64,000 nucleotides of DNA from Syncephalis fuscata S228 (taxonomy: Eukaryota > Fungi > Zoopagomycota), in the NCBI GenBank assembly GCA_025786725.1, contig JAHLTZ010000022.1, positions 408,435 through 472,434 on the forward strand. The letters are read 5' to 3'. The translations under genes and the position numbers were made by a program. The notes beneath the pieces are model-generated. The model had not been told where the DNA came from. It searched no databases and saw only the letters and a program-made list of their open reading frames with translations. Positions 1-13,477 of this stretch are shown in pieces. Every line of letters starts with the position of its first letter. Within the stretch, counting starts at the first letter, position 1.

Positions 1-303
1 TATCACACAAGCAAGCTTGCGGACTGTATAGGATAGGCCACCATTTGCGGACTCCACAAAACATGTCACTTCATTGGCACAGTTATAGCTGTCTGAAAAT
101 CCCTTGCAATCAATATTGCACATAAAATATTGTACTACAAACATTCCTGGATTAAATATTTGTTTGTGTTTTAATAAATAATTAGTACCATTTAGTTATT
201 ATTAATAATTACTGGTACGCATTTAAAACGTATCATTAATGGAAACAATGTTTAGTGTGTAACTGTCATATCGTATTTTTTATTAATAAAAAAACAGCCA
301 TCA

Positions 304-1734
304 TTATTTTGATACGCGTTCAGCGATATTAAGTCCAATGTCGTTAGCGATATTGACCATTGCACCAAGTGCCCAGCTTAACGTGCCAGTGGGTAGTGAG
401 TCGGAGAACTCAACAGTTCGGTCGAGGGGAATACGATAGCTATCGTGTAGCAATGCAATTGATAAAGCGGCATTAAAACAAATATTGTTCAAGAACGGAG
501 TATTTTTAAATGCCTGTTTGGCAGCAGTATTTGATAGGTGACTGCATTTGTCTTCTGCCGCACGGAGTAAACAACCTACTGTTGATGTTCCATCACATCC
601 GAACAACTTGGCCGTATAATAATAACTGCCTGTAGCGTAAATAGGCATTTTTTCCGGAATATCAGGCTGATGGACTCCATTAATAGCACACGGATCGGTG
701 GCGCAGAAGTTGCCACGGCCCAAAAGAGCCTGGCTAAGAATGGCGCGGCATCGGCCAAACTCGCCCTTACCTACCAGTGTTACAGTGCGATTATTGACAT
801 CAAACGAGGTAGTTGTGCCCAAGAATAGGCAAGGATCGCTAATAAGTCGCTGGCTCTTTGAATCCATCAATGATGCCACCATTCGTTTGCGCGCCTCATC
901 AGAACCAAGCATCAAGTAGGAATGTGTGTAGAGATCATGTGTAGTGCCGTTAACACGGCTAGCATAGGCACCTTCTAAAGGAGCGACTGTAGGTTCGAAA
1001 GTGATTTGCGTGGAGGCACCACCAAGATCAAGAGTAGCCACTGTTTGCTCATTCTTTGATAACAGTCGGCCCAGCAGGCTGTTGGCAGCCAGCCAGCCAA
1101 ACAATCCTTCGTGCTCGCCAGGAATAACTTGGGCACCCACTTTTGTATCAAATTTGAAAGGCACTTCTGTCTTATTGCTCATAAAAGCGGCAACTGCATC
1201 GATAAGTGCCTGGCGTTGCTGGCGAGGAACAAGGCGCATACCGGCCGTAGCCTTTAAATAAATGTAAGTGTTGGCATGGTGGCTTTGGGGAATAAACTGG
1301 GTAGCATTCTGGATTAGTGGTCGAAGATATTCAGCAACATTTTGAGGCTGCTGCGCTGATAAGCCAGGCGTAACTTTTGCTTCTAACTGTTTTTTGCCCT
1401 CTTTATCAAGTAATGGATAAACGGCAACTTGTGTCTGGTTGAGTCGAATACTGCTCCAGTAGAATGGATAGATTCGACTACCACTGCTACCTGCATCAAT
1501 AAGTAGACCATAACTAATATCATCAGTTATTGTTGATGGATTTGCAGTAGTAGCAGTAGCAGCACTATCAGCAGTAGCACTATCAGCAGTAGCGAATTTA
1601 ATAGGACCTTCAAGAAATGGCAATGTTGCACCAATACTTGATGATACTAGACTAGTCGCAAAAAGCGTAATAGTTATGGTAACGTGTACCAAGCGAGCCA
1701 ATCGATTCATGATGAAAAAGTGGATAAATATCAA
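304..1734 (-). CDS. Secreted GDA1/CD39-family nucleoside phosphatase (apyrase/NTPDase), intronless
   Basis: All five apyrase conserved regions are present: IDAGSSGSR, KATAGMR, GEHEGLFGW, LDLGGASTQ, SWALGAM. Hydrophobic N-terminal signal, no C-terminal TM. The true start may be the second Met (MNRLARL). Confidence 0.93.
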   Translation of the reverse strand: MIFIHFFIMNRLARLVHVTITITLFATSLVSSSIGATLPFLEGPIKFATADSATADSAATATTANPSTITDDISYGLLIDAGSSGSRIYPFYWSSIRLNQTQVAVYPLLDKEGKKQLEAKVTPGLSAQQPQNVAEYLRPLIQNATQFIPQSHHANTYIYLKATAGMRLVPRQQRQALIDAVAAFMSNKTEVPFKFDTKVGAQVIPGEHEGLFGWLAANSLLGRLLSKNEQTVATLDLGGASTQITFEPTVAPLEGAYASRVNGTTHDLYTHSYLMLGSDEARKRMVASLMDSKSQRLISDPCLFLGTTTSFDVNNRTVTLVGKGEFGRCRAILSQALLGRGNFCATDPCAINGVHQPDIPEKMPIYATGSYYYTAKLFGCDGTSTVGCLLRAAEDKCSHLSNTAAKQAFKNTPFLNNICFNAALSIALLHDSYRIPLDRTVEFSDSLPTGTLSWALGAMVNIANDIGLNIAERVSK

Positions 1735-2856
1735 CTATCGTATTGAATTGGTAATAAAGATCAAAAGATGGATCTAATAAATAGAGAATAGGTTGTGTAC
1801 TCGTTACGAAACGGAAGGAATCAGACTGGGAACTGCAAATAATAAGGAGTTGAACAAACAAGTCGATCATTCATTATGTTAAATACTTCTATTTCTACTG
1901 TCCGTTTTTCTTTTCTAGCTTGTGCTTAGATTGCTAAATCTAGAATATTGAAACGGCGGTCAATATCCACATGGCTGTTTCCCCCTTTAGCCACGATATA
2001 TGACATCTCCTAAATTCAACTTTATCGTTTCTTTCTTATTGATACTACTCTCATGTAGCAACAATCATAGACGCAAGGCTAGCCTTAGATTCACCTTGTA
2101 CCTGCACCAATTCACATGGAACACAAACAGTTGGATGAAATCCAGGTTCATTGACTACATGCCGGCCCACAAGAATTGTTTATTACATTTACTAAATCAA
2201 GTAATTCTTTTTATATACATTAACCTATTGTGGTGATAATTAGTGATGCTGGCCATGAGCACGAGTATCTAATCGTCAATACAAATAAAATAAATAAATA
2301 AAGATTTTATAGCTATAGGCCTATATCTACATATGGCTTAGTTTTAGTTGCAGAGTTTCCAAGTCCAATGACTTGTTAAAGTGTAACATTGTTGTATGAA
2401 TATTTATAACGGGTATTGTACTGATCCAACATCACGATTAACGTTTTCCAAGCATCTGGACAATTAGTCTATTTTACGACATTTATTATCCGACAATTAA
2501 TTGTTGTTATACAAATGGAGCGTTTTACAATGGCACATGACGCGTGACCGCCATCAGCACTAAAAGGCAAACTCGTGTCAGTGATGACCACACTGGCCCA
2601 GTATTGTTTTGCATTCCTTTAATCTATGCATTCCTGCACTATTTCCTATCATTGCTGCTCCTCGTATACTGAATAGCAGAACGACAGTAATATTGGTTCT
2701 AGCAGTCCCGCCCCTTATCTCCTTTTGCCTGGGAAAAGAAAATTTGGCGAATAGTTACTGAGTCTAGGCACTGACTGACATACCCATGTAGATATTGCTA
2801 TTCATTCGCCGGCAATCACTACAATCGCAACTCTATTGTCCTTGGCCGTGTTTAAC

Positions 2857-4860
2857 ATGACGTTCAGCTATAACGATTCGAACAACTCTAGCCTTTTGGC
2901 TCCTCGACCTCATGATACAAATGCACATCAGCAGCGTCAATCGCGACGTATTAGTCGGAATCGTGAATCTTATGGCTCTATAGAGCCTTCCAGAAGAATT
3001 AGCACAGCAACACATTCCAGTCTAGCTACGGAGACGAGTACACAGAACTGGTATGAGCGTACACGACGGTCACGACCAGCACTGATGTTCCTTGTATCAC
3101 TTGTATTATTCAAGTAAGTTAATAAAAATAGTAATATGAATAATGACAATATTTATTAATCGTCCAACGTTTAGCGATATGCTTATTTATGGCGTAGTGG
3201 TACGTGTATAATTAGTCAGTAGCTAATGTCAAAAAGATTAATTGAAATTAACAGGTGCCAGTATTGCCATTAATTGTCCGAGAACGGCTGGGCGGCGATG
3301 CTAAAAGTGTTGGATTTCTTTTTGGCAGTGTTGGTAAGTATTTAATTTAATATTGGTTATGTAATGCGCTTACATTAATGAATAAATTATGGTGTACATA
3401 TAGCTATCGGTATTCTTATTGCCACACCAGTCTTTGGTATTCTTAGTGATAAATACAATACACGGCGACGGCCTATGATGGTGGCATTGCTGTGCTGTGC
3501 TGTAGCCACATTTAGTTTTGCATTTGCCACTACTTTCTGGCAACTATTAGTGGCGCGTATTATGCAAGGTGTAGCCGGTGGTGCTTCATGGACCATTAGT
3601 TTAAGTATGATTGCCGATGCATTCCCCCCTAATAAATTAGGCGTAGCTATGGGCTCAGTCTTGGTGTGGAATAGTTTTGGCTTTTTGGCTGGGCCAGCTA
3701 TTGGCGGATTTCTATTTGAATATGGCGGCTACAAAATGCCGTTTATCTTTTGTGCGGTCGGTGCACTTATTACGTTATTGGTGCATCTGTTGTTATCCCT
3801 CCAGTATTGGCCAATGAAGTCACGCTACTTGAACATGATGAAGGATTTACTCCGTCGGCGGGGTCGGTCTTTTACGAATCGGAGAATCCACGACCTCTTT
3901 CACGCACATCTGATACGTATGTGACGCCGCTAACCGATCCTGAAGATGATGATGGATTGGCGCGCGGCTACTGGGAAGCCGAGTCGGAGTTTGCTCTCTC
4001 GCGTATATCGCTTAATTCGCATGGTCATTCCCCGCTTACCTTTTTTACTCTAATTTGCGACAAGCCTATTATTGTCAATTGTATTACTATTATGGTGGCA
4101 TCCAGTGTATTTTCAGGTAAGCAATAACAAAAGTTATCATATTAAGCAATTAACCAATTAAATGTTTAATAAATAGGCATTGAGCCCACACTGCCACTTC
4201 ACCTTATTGATCGGTTCGAGTTGGATCCATCATTAATCGGCCTCTCATTTATGGCTATTGTTCTACCACATATGATTGCCACACCGATGATCGGCTGGCT
4301 TTGTGACCGAGTCAGCTGCAAATCAGTGGCTGCCATTGGTCTGCTGCTCTTTGCTCTTGCCACACCACCTATTGCACTGCCTAGTCAGTTGGATACAGAA
4401 ATATTATGTTTAGCAGCATTTGGATTCACGGCAGCTATTGTAAGTAATCTAGCAATTAATTAATTAATTAATTAATCAGTAATGTAACTAATGAATAATT
4501 CTATAGGCTATGACGCCTGTTTTGCCTGACATGGCAAATCATGTTACAGTACGTGGTGGTGGTGCCTATGCTCAAGTATTTGCTCTTTGGAATATGGCTT
4601 ATAGTCTAGGTAATTTATTATAAATTGTGCCAATCATTAATGACTTATATAAGTATAAATACATATGGTAAATAGGCATGTTAGTGGGACCTGTAATTTC
4701 CGGCTTAGTGATGGAGCAATATGGCTTTTTGTACAATATGGTTATTTTCGCTGTAATGCTTTTATCTACTGCCCCCTTAATTGCCCAAACTGAGGCAAAG
4801 ACACGCCAACGCATTGAAGATGAGAGAAGAATGAGCTATGGCGAGATTGTTGATGTATGA
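2857..4860 (+). CDS. MFS transporter (SLC18/vesicular amine transporter-like), multi-exon
   Basis: GT-AG exon chain joining ORFs 2836-3117, 3475-3924, 3750-4127, 4221-4463 and 4678-4860. Motifs GILSDKYNTRRRPM, ARIMQGVAGG, GPAIGGFLFEYGG, GWLCDRV. One apparent frameshift near 3790. Confidence 0.85.
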
Positions 4861-5140
4861 CATGTAGCCAATAACACAAACAAATTATATATATCTCTCT
4901 TAGCGTTGTACTGTTTATCATGACAACAATAAATTTACTTAGCAATTGACTGTGCACACGTGATTTGTCACTTGAAATCTAATGCGCATGACCGCAGTCC
5001 ACACTCCTGAACTTCGTAAGCGCATGTTCATTTCTATATTATTCGTTCAAACTATTATTCAGCCGTCCAGTATTCGTATTTCTGACCTATATTTGTGAAA
5101 ACTAAGGCTGTATCTTTATACTGTACTATTCTTTTAAGCA

Positions 5141-7142
5141 ATGGCCGACAAAGAAGAGCAATTGCAGCCAAGTGAGACATCACCAATACTGAATACACCA
5201 CCACCACCAACGGATCCTGGCGCAATTGAACCAGAAGAAGAGGCGGCCTTTAATATACAAGGCGGTCGTCATCACGACCGTAGACCACATTCAAGAGCAA
5301 CTTCACCTCGAGGCAATCAACGTAGTTCAACTCATCATGGCGGTCGCGGCAATCGAAATAGCCGTCACTCGTCTCACGTAAAGACAGAGCAAGACCCGTT
5401 GCTTAATCACGATAACAACAGCGACATAAATGATATAGATGATATACAAGCAGCCGTAGTAAGTATATTTACTATATATATACAATCTCAATTGACTAAT
5501 AGGCTGTAGTTGAGAAGACAGAGACGCCAGCGTGTTTATCATATATCAACGATAGCTTTTATCGCAATATTGATTATTGGCACTTCAATATTTGCCTTGG
5601 TAGTTGGTCCTATCTACTGGGGCCCTATACCTCTATACTCTAACGGTACTGACTGGTTTGCTAAAACAGTTGTTATGATATCGGTCGATGGAATGCGTGC
5701 CGACTATCTTGATCATGGACAAACCTCAATATTGACACGAATGGCTCGTGAAGGTGTAAGGGCCGAGTACATGCAGCCATCTTTTCCAGTAAGTAAATAA
5801 ACAAAATAATATATCAATAAGCTAACAATGCAATATTACTCTAATGCATCAGTCGACTACATTTGCCAATCATTATACGCTTGTAACTGGACTGTATCCA
5901 GAATCACATGGCATTATCAGTAATACCTTTTACGACCCAGAAACTAATGATACATTTTGGTACACGGATCCAGCACGTAGCCATGATAGTAAATGGTGGG
6001 GCGGTGAGCCGGTAAGCGGACACAGAAGCATTGTCAAAACCGCCCTTAACTTATCAGTTTCAATGTCATTCATAGATTTGGGTGACAGCTGTGAAACAAA
6101 AACAACGATCGGCCATACACATGTGGCCAGGAAGCTCGTCGGAAATAGCTGGCCATCGCCCAACCTACTGGGATCCGTTCAACAAGGATACAACACCGGC
6201 CCAAAAGGCCAATCGGATACTAGACTGGCTTGATATGCCTATGGGCGACAGGCCACAGCTTATCGGTGCCTATATTCCAGCAGTGGATACGGCCGGCCAT
6301 GACTTTGGCCCTGATTCATCAGAGGTAAACAATTAAAGCGATAAATAGCGTAGTATAGGCCGACTTATTTATTGATTTATTTCATTCATTTGTTTAATGC
6401 GTTAGGTCGATTTTGCACTACGACAAGTCGATGATATGATGTCGCGTCTATTCAATGGATTAGAACAAAGAAATTTGACAGACATTGTTAATGTGATCGT
6501 AGTAAGCGATCATGGTATGACTCGTGTGAATGAACACCAAGTAATTCATCTTGACAATATTATTGATATGACAAAGGTGGCATCTAATCACGGCTTTCCA
6601 TTGGCACTTTTAACGCCTCATTCGGATAAAGGTAAGCGTGTAACGATCAGTAAGTAGCTATTATTGATTGTAGTACTTGTCTATGACAGATATACATTCA
6701 CTATATCAAGCATTGTCTAAGGCTAGTCAAACGTCAAAATTCCAAGTTTACCTTAAAGAATCCGTGCCAAAACACTATCACTTTTCGGCTAATGAGCGTA
6801 TTCCACCGATTGTCTGCATTCCTGACTTGGTAAGGCTAAAAGATCGATGTAAATATGTATTTATGACTAATAATTTAAATAATAAATTAGGGATGGAATT
6901 TTGTGACGGGCAATGAAACAATAAGAAGTAAGGGAATGCACGGGTACGATAATCGGTCTAGAGATATGCGAGCATCATTTCTGGCTCGTGGACCAGCTAT
7001 AAAGACAAGTAATAACGTTCACGCATCAGGATTCCCCAACGTAAATGTCTATAATCTAGTAGCACGTATTCTTGATCTATCGCCATCAATTAATAACGGC
7101 TCTGACTTTTGGGTAGGATCCAGCGGCATCCTACGGGATTGA
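5141..7142 (+). CDS. NPP1: Ectonucleotide pyrophosphatase/phosphodiesterase (type I phosphodiesterase), type II membrane protein, multi-exon
   Basis: SVDGMRADYL, PSFP|STTFANHYTLVTGLYPESHGIISN (catalytic Thr), VSDHGM, GMHGYDN. Single TM segment near 5545-5605. Confidence 0.92.
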
Positions 7143-8240
7143 TCAATTGAATAAGTCATATTACTATTACTATTAAGCTATTATTAAATAAACTGCAATT
7201 TATTTATTTGTTATTTCTATTATTATAATATTTATTGATTTGATTAATGTTATTTTAATATAAATTAATGTTTGATTAGTGTATTTTAATTAATAAATGT
7301 ATAATATCTGATGTTTAAAATATTGACTTGTTGCAGGATCAATAAACAAAGGCATATCAGCTTATTAAAATCAAAAATAATAATAGATGCATCATCATAA
7401 ATCGAATAAAGCACAGAAATAGCTGGTTTGTATTACTAAATGTTACAGAAAGCATAGGTGTTTTGTGTAGCACAGAACTAGTTGAGCGACGATTCCAATG
7501 ACTTGGATGTATACATTATATAAAACAAACTGTACCCTCATTAACGCATGGAATTACGCCTTATCTTCATATTTTCTCCGCTTATTTGTTATAGCAACAC
7601 AATTCGGTTAAATACTACCTGATTACCACCAATCAATCGCTGATATTGATAGTAAAATATTGAATAGTTGGTTAGTTATGCTGTTAAGAGCATTGAAAAA
7701 TAAAAATGAATGGACACAAATAGTTCTTTTCGATGTTTCAAATTGATAAGTGCCTAGTGATTTGCATAAAACGTAGTTTGCAGTATTTATTAAATAAATA
7801 GTAATGGATGAAACAGTTTGTAAGTATGCGCTTTAGTATTAATTGTTTATACATTTATTGGCTAACGATGACCATAACATATGTATAGTCATTTGACTTT
7901 TATGGTATACAGCTGCTAAATAAATGTACTTTAGCCGGTCGTCCAGGCTGATAAACAATACAACCCACCCAAACAAAGTGGAACTGGTTAATTCTAATCA
8001 AAACAGGTTTACAAGGCCAGTCAATCGGCATATGGAAGAGCATTTGGCCTTTGACATACTGCTTTACATGTGACCTCCTCATGGCTGTCAGGCTTCTGCA
8101 TCGCAAACTATTCGTGAATAGTTCACTATAAAAGCTCCCGTAATGTTCGACTGTTTTATCGCGCGTATAATCTTGCTTAATTTCTTTATTTAATTAAATA
8201 TTTCTCCATATTATTGTCATTTATCTATAGCTAGTCTACC

Positions 8241-9586
8241 ATGATTCCATTGACTGGTATCATTAAAGCTGTAGCGATTGCTACTCTCTTTTTCTCAACT
8301 AGCGATTTAATTAGCGTAGTATCAGCTACCCCTTTGGATAATAATGGTAATAATGGTACACCACAAACTACTGAACCAATTTCCTACGGCCTTATGATTG
8401 ATGCAGGCAGCAGTGGAAGTAGAATTTTGCCGTTCTATTGGAGAACGGTCCAGCCAGGCGAGCTGAATGTTGCTGTTAATCCTTTGTTGAAAAATAATAA
8501 AGATAAACAGCTAAAGGCGAAGATAAAGCCTGGGTTGTCGCTACAAACACCAGAAGGTGTGGCTGAATATTTTCGGCCGCTTATAGAAGAGGGCAAGAAA
8601 TTTATTCCTGCAGAGAAGCACGGTGACACAATAATCTTTCTAAAGGCTACTGCAGGAATGCGGTTGGTGCCATTAGCGCAAAGACAGAAGATTATTGAAG
8701 CAGTTATAGCCTATTTCAATGACAAGAACAGGTACCATTCAAGTTTGATCCCGCGGTAAACGTTCAAGTTATTTCGGGAGAGGATGAAGGCGTATTTGGA
8801 TGGCTTACCATCAACTCCCTGTTAAATAGATTGAGCAGCGCAACAACTCCTGGAACAGTGGCAATTTTAGATCTTGGTGGTGCATCTACTGAAATCACTT
8901 TTAAGCCAAATTTAGTTCCGCTGGAAGGCACCTATAGAACACGAATCAATGGTACCAATTACAATTTATACACACATTCCTATTTACGTCTTGGCGTAAA
9001 TGAGGCTCGCGATCGAGTTATTGCTGCGCTTGCTGCTAATAGCAAGGATAATACCGTACACGACCCATGCATGCTTAAAGGGCAAACCCAGGCCTATAAG
9101 CTGGGTAGTGTTGTTGTTAATTTGGTTGGCCAGGGTCAATTTGAAGAATGCCATAGACTAACAAAAAGCGTACTGCTTGGGCGTAAAACATTCTGCGCCA
9201 CCGAACCATGCGCAATTAATGGTGTTCATCAGCCAGACATCCCGGATAATATGCCTATCTATGCCATAAGCAACTTTAACGATGTTGCAGATGTATTTGG
9301 CTGCCATGGCAAATCAACTCCCGGCTGTATTTATACCTCAGCGCAAGACAAATGCAATCGGCTTACTGCAGAAGAATTTAAAGCTCCATTTTCGGACAAT
9401 GTTTCAGTTGAATCGGCATGTTTTGCTGCGTCACTTTCTTTGGCATTAACTTTTGATAGCTACCGAATTCCTAATAACCGTGAGGTTTATTATGTCGACA
9501 GGCTACCTATTGGCCAACTAGGCTGGGCACTGGGCGCCATGATTGATGCAGTCAATAACATAAAACTTGACATTCAAGATAAATAA
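8241..9586 (+). CDS. Secreted GDA1/CD39-family apyrase, paralog of 304-1734; one frameshift near 8730
   Basis: Signal peptide, IDAGSSGSR and KATAGMR, then in the shifted frame VPFKFDP..SGEDEGVFGW, LDLGGASTE, GWALGAM. Collinear with the first apyrase. Confidence 0.9.
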
Positions 9587-11124
9587 TAAAAACAATTTAA
9601 TGTTACTAATAAATCTTTTATTTAGCCTAATTAATATGGAATAACAATATATAATATTTGGCTAGAATTTTTTGGCGTGTCTAGCGTAGTGTCTGTACAT
9701 TGTGTTGTATAAAAATATCAGTTTAATGCATCAAACTTGCTGTTGCATTAGTGTTGTACACTAGCTGGTATGTATTTAAGTATTGAGAATTCAATTGATG
9801 AAAGTAATGGCAAAGGTATTGTTATTGCTAACTAAATTGCATAATTCAACAAAGTTCAGTTTAAGCTTTATTCTACTATAATTAAGGTTTTCCCATCAGG
9901 GTTCATTGCATTTACGCGCCATTTAATTGCCGACAGTATTATAAATACTTAACACTGTCGGCCAAACATGGAATAAATAGCTTTTCCTACTTTCAATTAT
10001 TTTTTAGCATATTTTCAGATTTATACAGTGGAGATTTTTGTATAAAGTACTGAATAAATCTATTTATTGGTAATAAAGGTCATTAAGATACTAAATTTAT
10101 AGTCTTTGTTAATCTAAGTAGCTAATATCTTAGTAAGCCACCTTTATTCCTTCTACTCTATTTGGTTGCTTAGCAAACCTTGCAATATCATATAGTTGGT
10201 TTTTTAACAACATTATTATAGCTTTTATAAATCCAACACTATTTACACTATATAATTGAATCGTGTAACAAAAATACAGATTAATATGTACATTTCTACT
10301 GCATACATACTGTTTATTAAAATAGTCGTGCTATCTGTCTAAATGTCGAACTGATTAAAGCAAAGAACTAAGCTGCATATTAGTATGTCCTTGATATATT
10401 GGTGTATACGTGCTTTAAGCTATCATACGAATATGTTTTATTGTTCTATATTGCACATCAATGCTACAGCTCATACAGTAGATACTTCAGACATCTCAGT
10501 ATAACCATAAACGTAAATAGCTCACAAAATACATACAGCTAATTGTGATGTCATTATCACACTCACTTTCCGCTAAATACTCACTACTATTTGTTTATAT
10601 TAACACAGTTTATTGTCTACTTTGGTTGGCTTAACAAATCAATATCGTCACAAGGCCTCCTATTGCCGTCGTCTGCGCCATCATATTGCTAGCAAATCTG
10701 CATCTAACTGTTTCTACTCAGCTGTGTAAAGTTACAGCAATAAACGTATGGTTTCATTTTAACTAAATTTTATTAATTTATTATACTTATTTTTATATAA
10801 TCTGCATTTAACAATTAACAAACAAAAATGAGCGAGTAAAAATACTAATATTAAATTTATACGGATATGCTATATTAGCTACAAATACGAATTAGCGTAA
10901 TTATAACAAGATTATTATTTGAATAACAATTTAATACATAAACACTGTAGCATTACACGTCAGTAATGCAATTAAATAAATTTATTTGCAAGTACACCAT
11001 CACTCTCGTTGTAGTTGTTTTATTCAATAAAGCTTAGTGTATCATTATCAGCAAACATTAGATACTAGTTATGCATGTTTAAACAAAAACATTTCAATAA
11101 AAGACAAATTATTTGCATTACAAA

Positions 11125-13183
11125 TTATAGCTCTAGTGTCTCAACAGTAGGACAATAATCAACAGCCAGCCGCGAAAGACTATAGTTATTAAGTAAAATA
11201 ATATCATCGCCAACAAGCATCATATTGTTATTGACGCTGCAAGGCACTTGAAAGAGAATCTCGTTATTTTCCAAATCCAATCCAAACATGTGCCCTTGTC
11301 GAGTTTCACCAAACATTAACGATCCTAGTGGCTGTATTTGTGACGCTCCATCGATAAGACTTTTAAATTTCTCAATCAGTGTACCTTGAACTCGACATTG
11401 TGCTTGATCAGCTTTGGTTTTGTCGAATGTTTCCCGTAACTCTGTTGCATAACTATGATGGGCGTGATGGGGTGGGATATTTAGCATACCATCTAACGGG
11501 TACGCTTGAAGGCCACGTGTATTTACTATTAGAGTTGGGCTGTTCTCGTTATTGTCGTCTGTATTATCCGTTGAGTCAGAGTCTTCCAAAGGTGGCACCT
11601 TTGTGGTAAAACCATGTTGTGATGAGTTACAAGATAGACTATAGATGAAAATACCGTTACTTAGGCTATCTTCATGAACAATCGGTACAGTAGTAACAAT
11701 TAGTCGCGATAAAATCCCACTATACGTAGCATCGTACAATGTACCGGTTAATCGGACTATATCAGCACCATTACCAGGTGGTAAACTAATACGCGCTATG
11801 GGTGTTCCATCTTGCGCTGACCATATACAAAAGATACCGTTTACATGTGTAGTTACTACGTAGTTGGGATAGCGTGGATCAAAGTGAATGTAATAGGTGA
11901 TTTCGTTGCTCAACATTATAATCTTTAGTCGATTATCGGCCGGTTTTTGGTAATTGTAATAGAATATAAAGGGCCGAAATAGCTGATTACCCGCTTCAAT
12001 ACCGACTATGACTACTTGGAGGGAATCTTGCCATCGAATAGGCATAGCACCTTGAGTGCGCTCGAGTGATGTCGGTAAGGCACAAACCACCCAGGCGGAG
12101 AATCGAAAACCAGGCATTTCAAAAGTATCGATTTGATGCATTGATGTTCCAGTAAGCCCATAGATACAAATCTTTGTCCATCTGTCGCTTTCAATTTCAT
12201 CCTCTTTAACGGCCGTTACTAAAATGCGTGCTGTCCAGCTTAATTCCAACAGCTCTTCGCGTGAATTAGACACCAATGTTTGATTAAAAGGAATTCGAGC
12301 GGCCATTTGCCAACTTGGAAACGACCATACTAAAACCTCATAATTTGTCGCTGACGAAGTATAACCGCCACATGCTACAATGCCACTTTTTTCAGTTTCA
12401 TAATCAAATACAAGAAAATCAGTCAATCTTGGCTGAAATTCGATACTATCTGATGGTAAATCCCGAATATAACAAAGATACTGACGAATCGGATCTTGCT
12501 GTGGGTCATTAAACTCCAATGAGCATTGTATATCTGATTCCGAGTCTGTGTCATCTATATCGTCTTCCACTTCCATATCCTCCATGCTAAATGGTTCATC
12601 CTGAGCACCAATAGTATCTGAAATCACCTCTGGTTCAGTGAGTATAGCTATTGCCGCTTCATCTGCACCCGCGTTGGGTACTAATGCTTCAGTGATGACT
12701 GGATTTTGTTGAATACGGGCTGCTAAAATCCTATTTAATCGATCTTTCCTAGCCTTACGGTACACTTCTAGCTGTGTATTGATGCGTCGACCAAATTCTT
12801 TCCACCGGCCACGTGTTGTCAGTTCTTGTCGTAGCTGATCTCGCCAGGAAAACTTTGGTAGCGCACCATACCATAAACCATTACTCCAACGTGAAAAACG
12901 ATTTTGATATGCATGGAACCATAGTTTCTGTTCAGCGCATATTCTAATATTTATGTTGTCAGCTCTGTGCCATTGGTGTGCCAGCAATGTATGTCTGTAT
13001 TCAGCTTACCGATGAAACCGTTGGCAAGTACGGTCGAGTGCTAGTAACGTACTGGCATCTGGCTAGCAAATCGAAACACGCGCAATAGCACCTCATCTGG
13101 TGCTTTATGGTAAAAGAAGCGAGAATGCCCGTGGAAGTTAATTCCGATACTACTGTATTTACAGAAGATATCGATGTCATCAT
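11125..13183 (-). CDS. F-box protein with probable beta-propeller-like C-terminus
   Basis: The F-box can be read across apparent frameshifts and one intron (about 13010-12945): APDEVLLRVFRFA..DASTLLALDRTCQRFHR|ICAEQKLW. It is followed by the 620-aa ORF. Start approximate. Confidence 0.7.
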
Positions 13184-13477
13184 TGCTGGTATTAAAAAAA
13201 GGTATGTATATAATTACGCACATATCAATCTATGACTCGTCATTGAATAGAACACAGTCACGTGATGTGAATTAAACAATTGTACCGTGCTGTATTGGCG
13301 CTAAAGCAATTATGTATAACCAATCAATTAGCAATAATTGCTATTAAGCATTGTTATAATTGATATAAAACGGTGTTTTTTAAATATGTAATATTAATAC
13401 AACGGAAATACAATTGTTCGTTAAATTGCATCATAGTTTATTTATTTTATTTACGATATCTTAATAAATCATTGGCA

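Noticed and set aside
1545-1594. 15-bp tandem repeat in apyrase 1
   Set aside because: It encodes a simple ATADS linker repeat after the signal peptide and is unremarkable.
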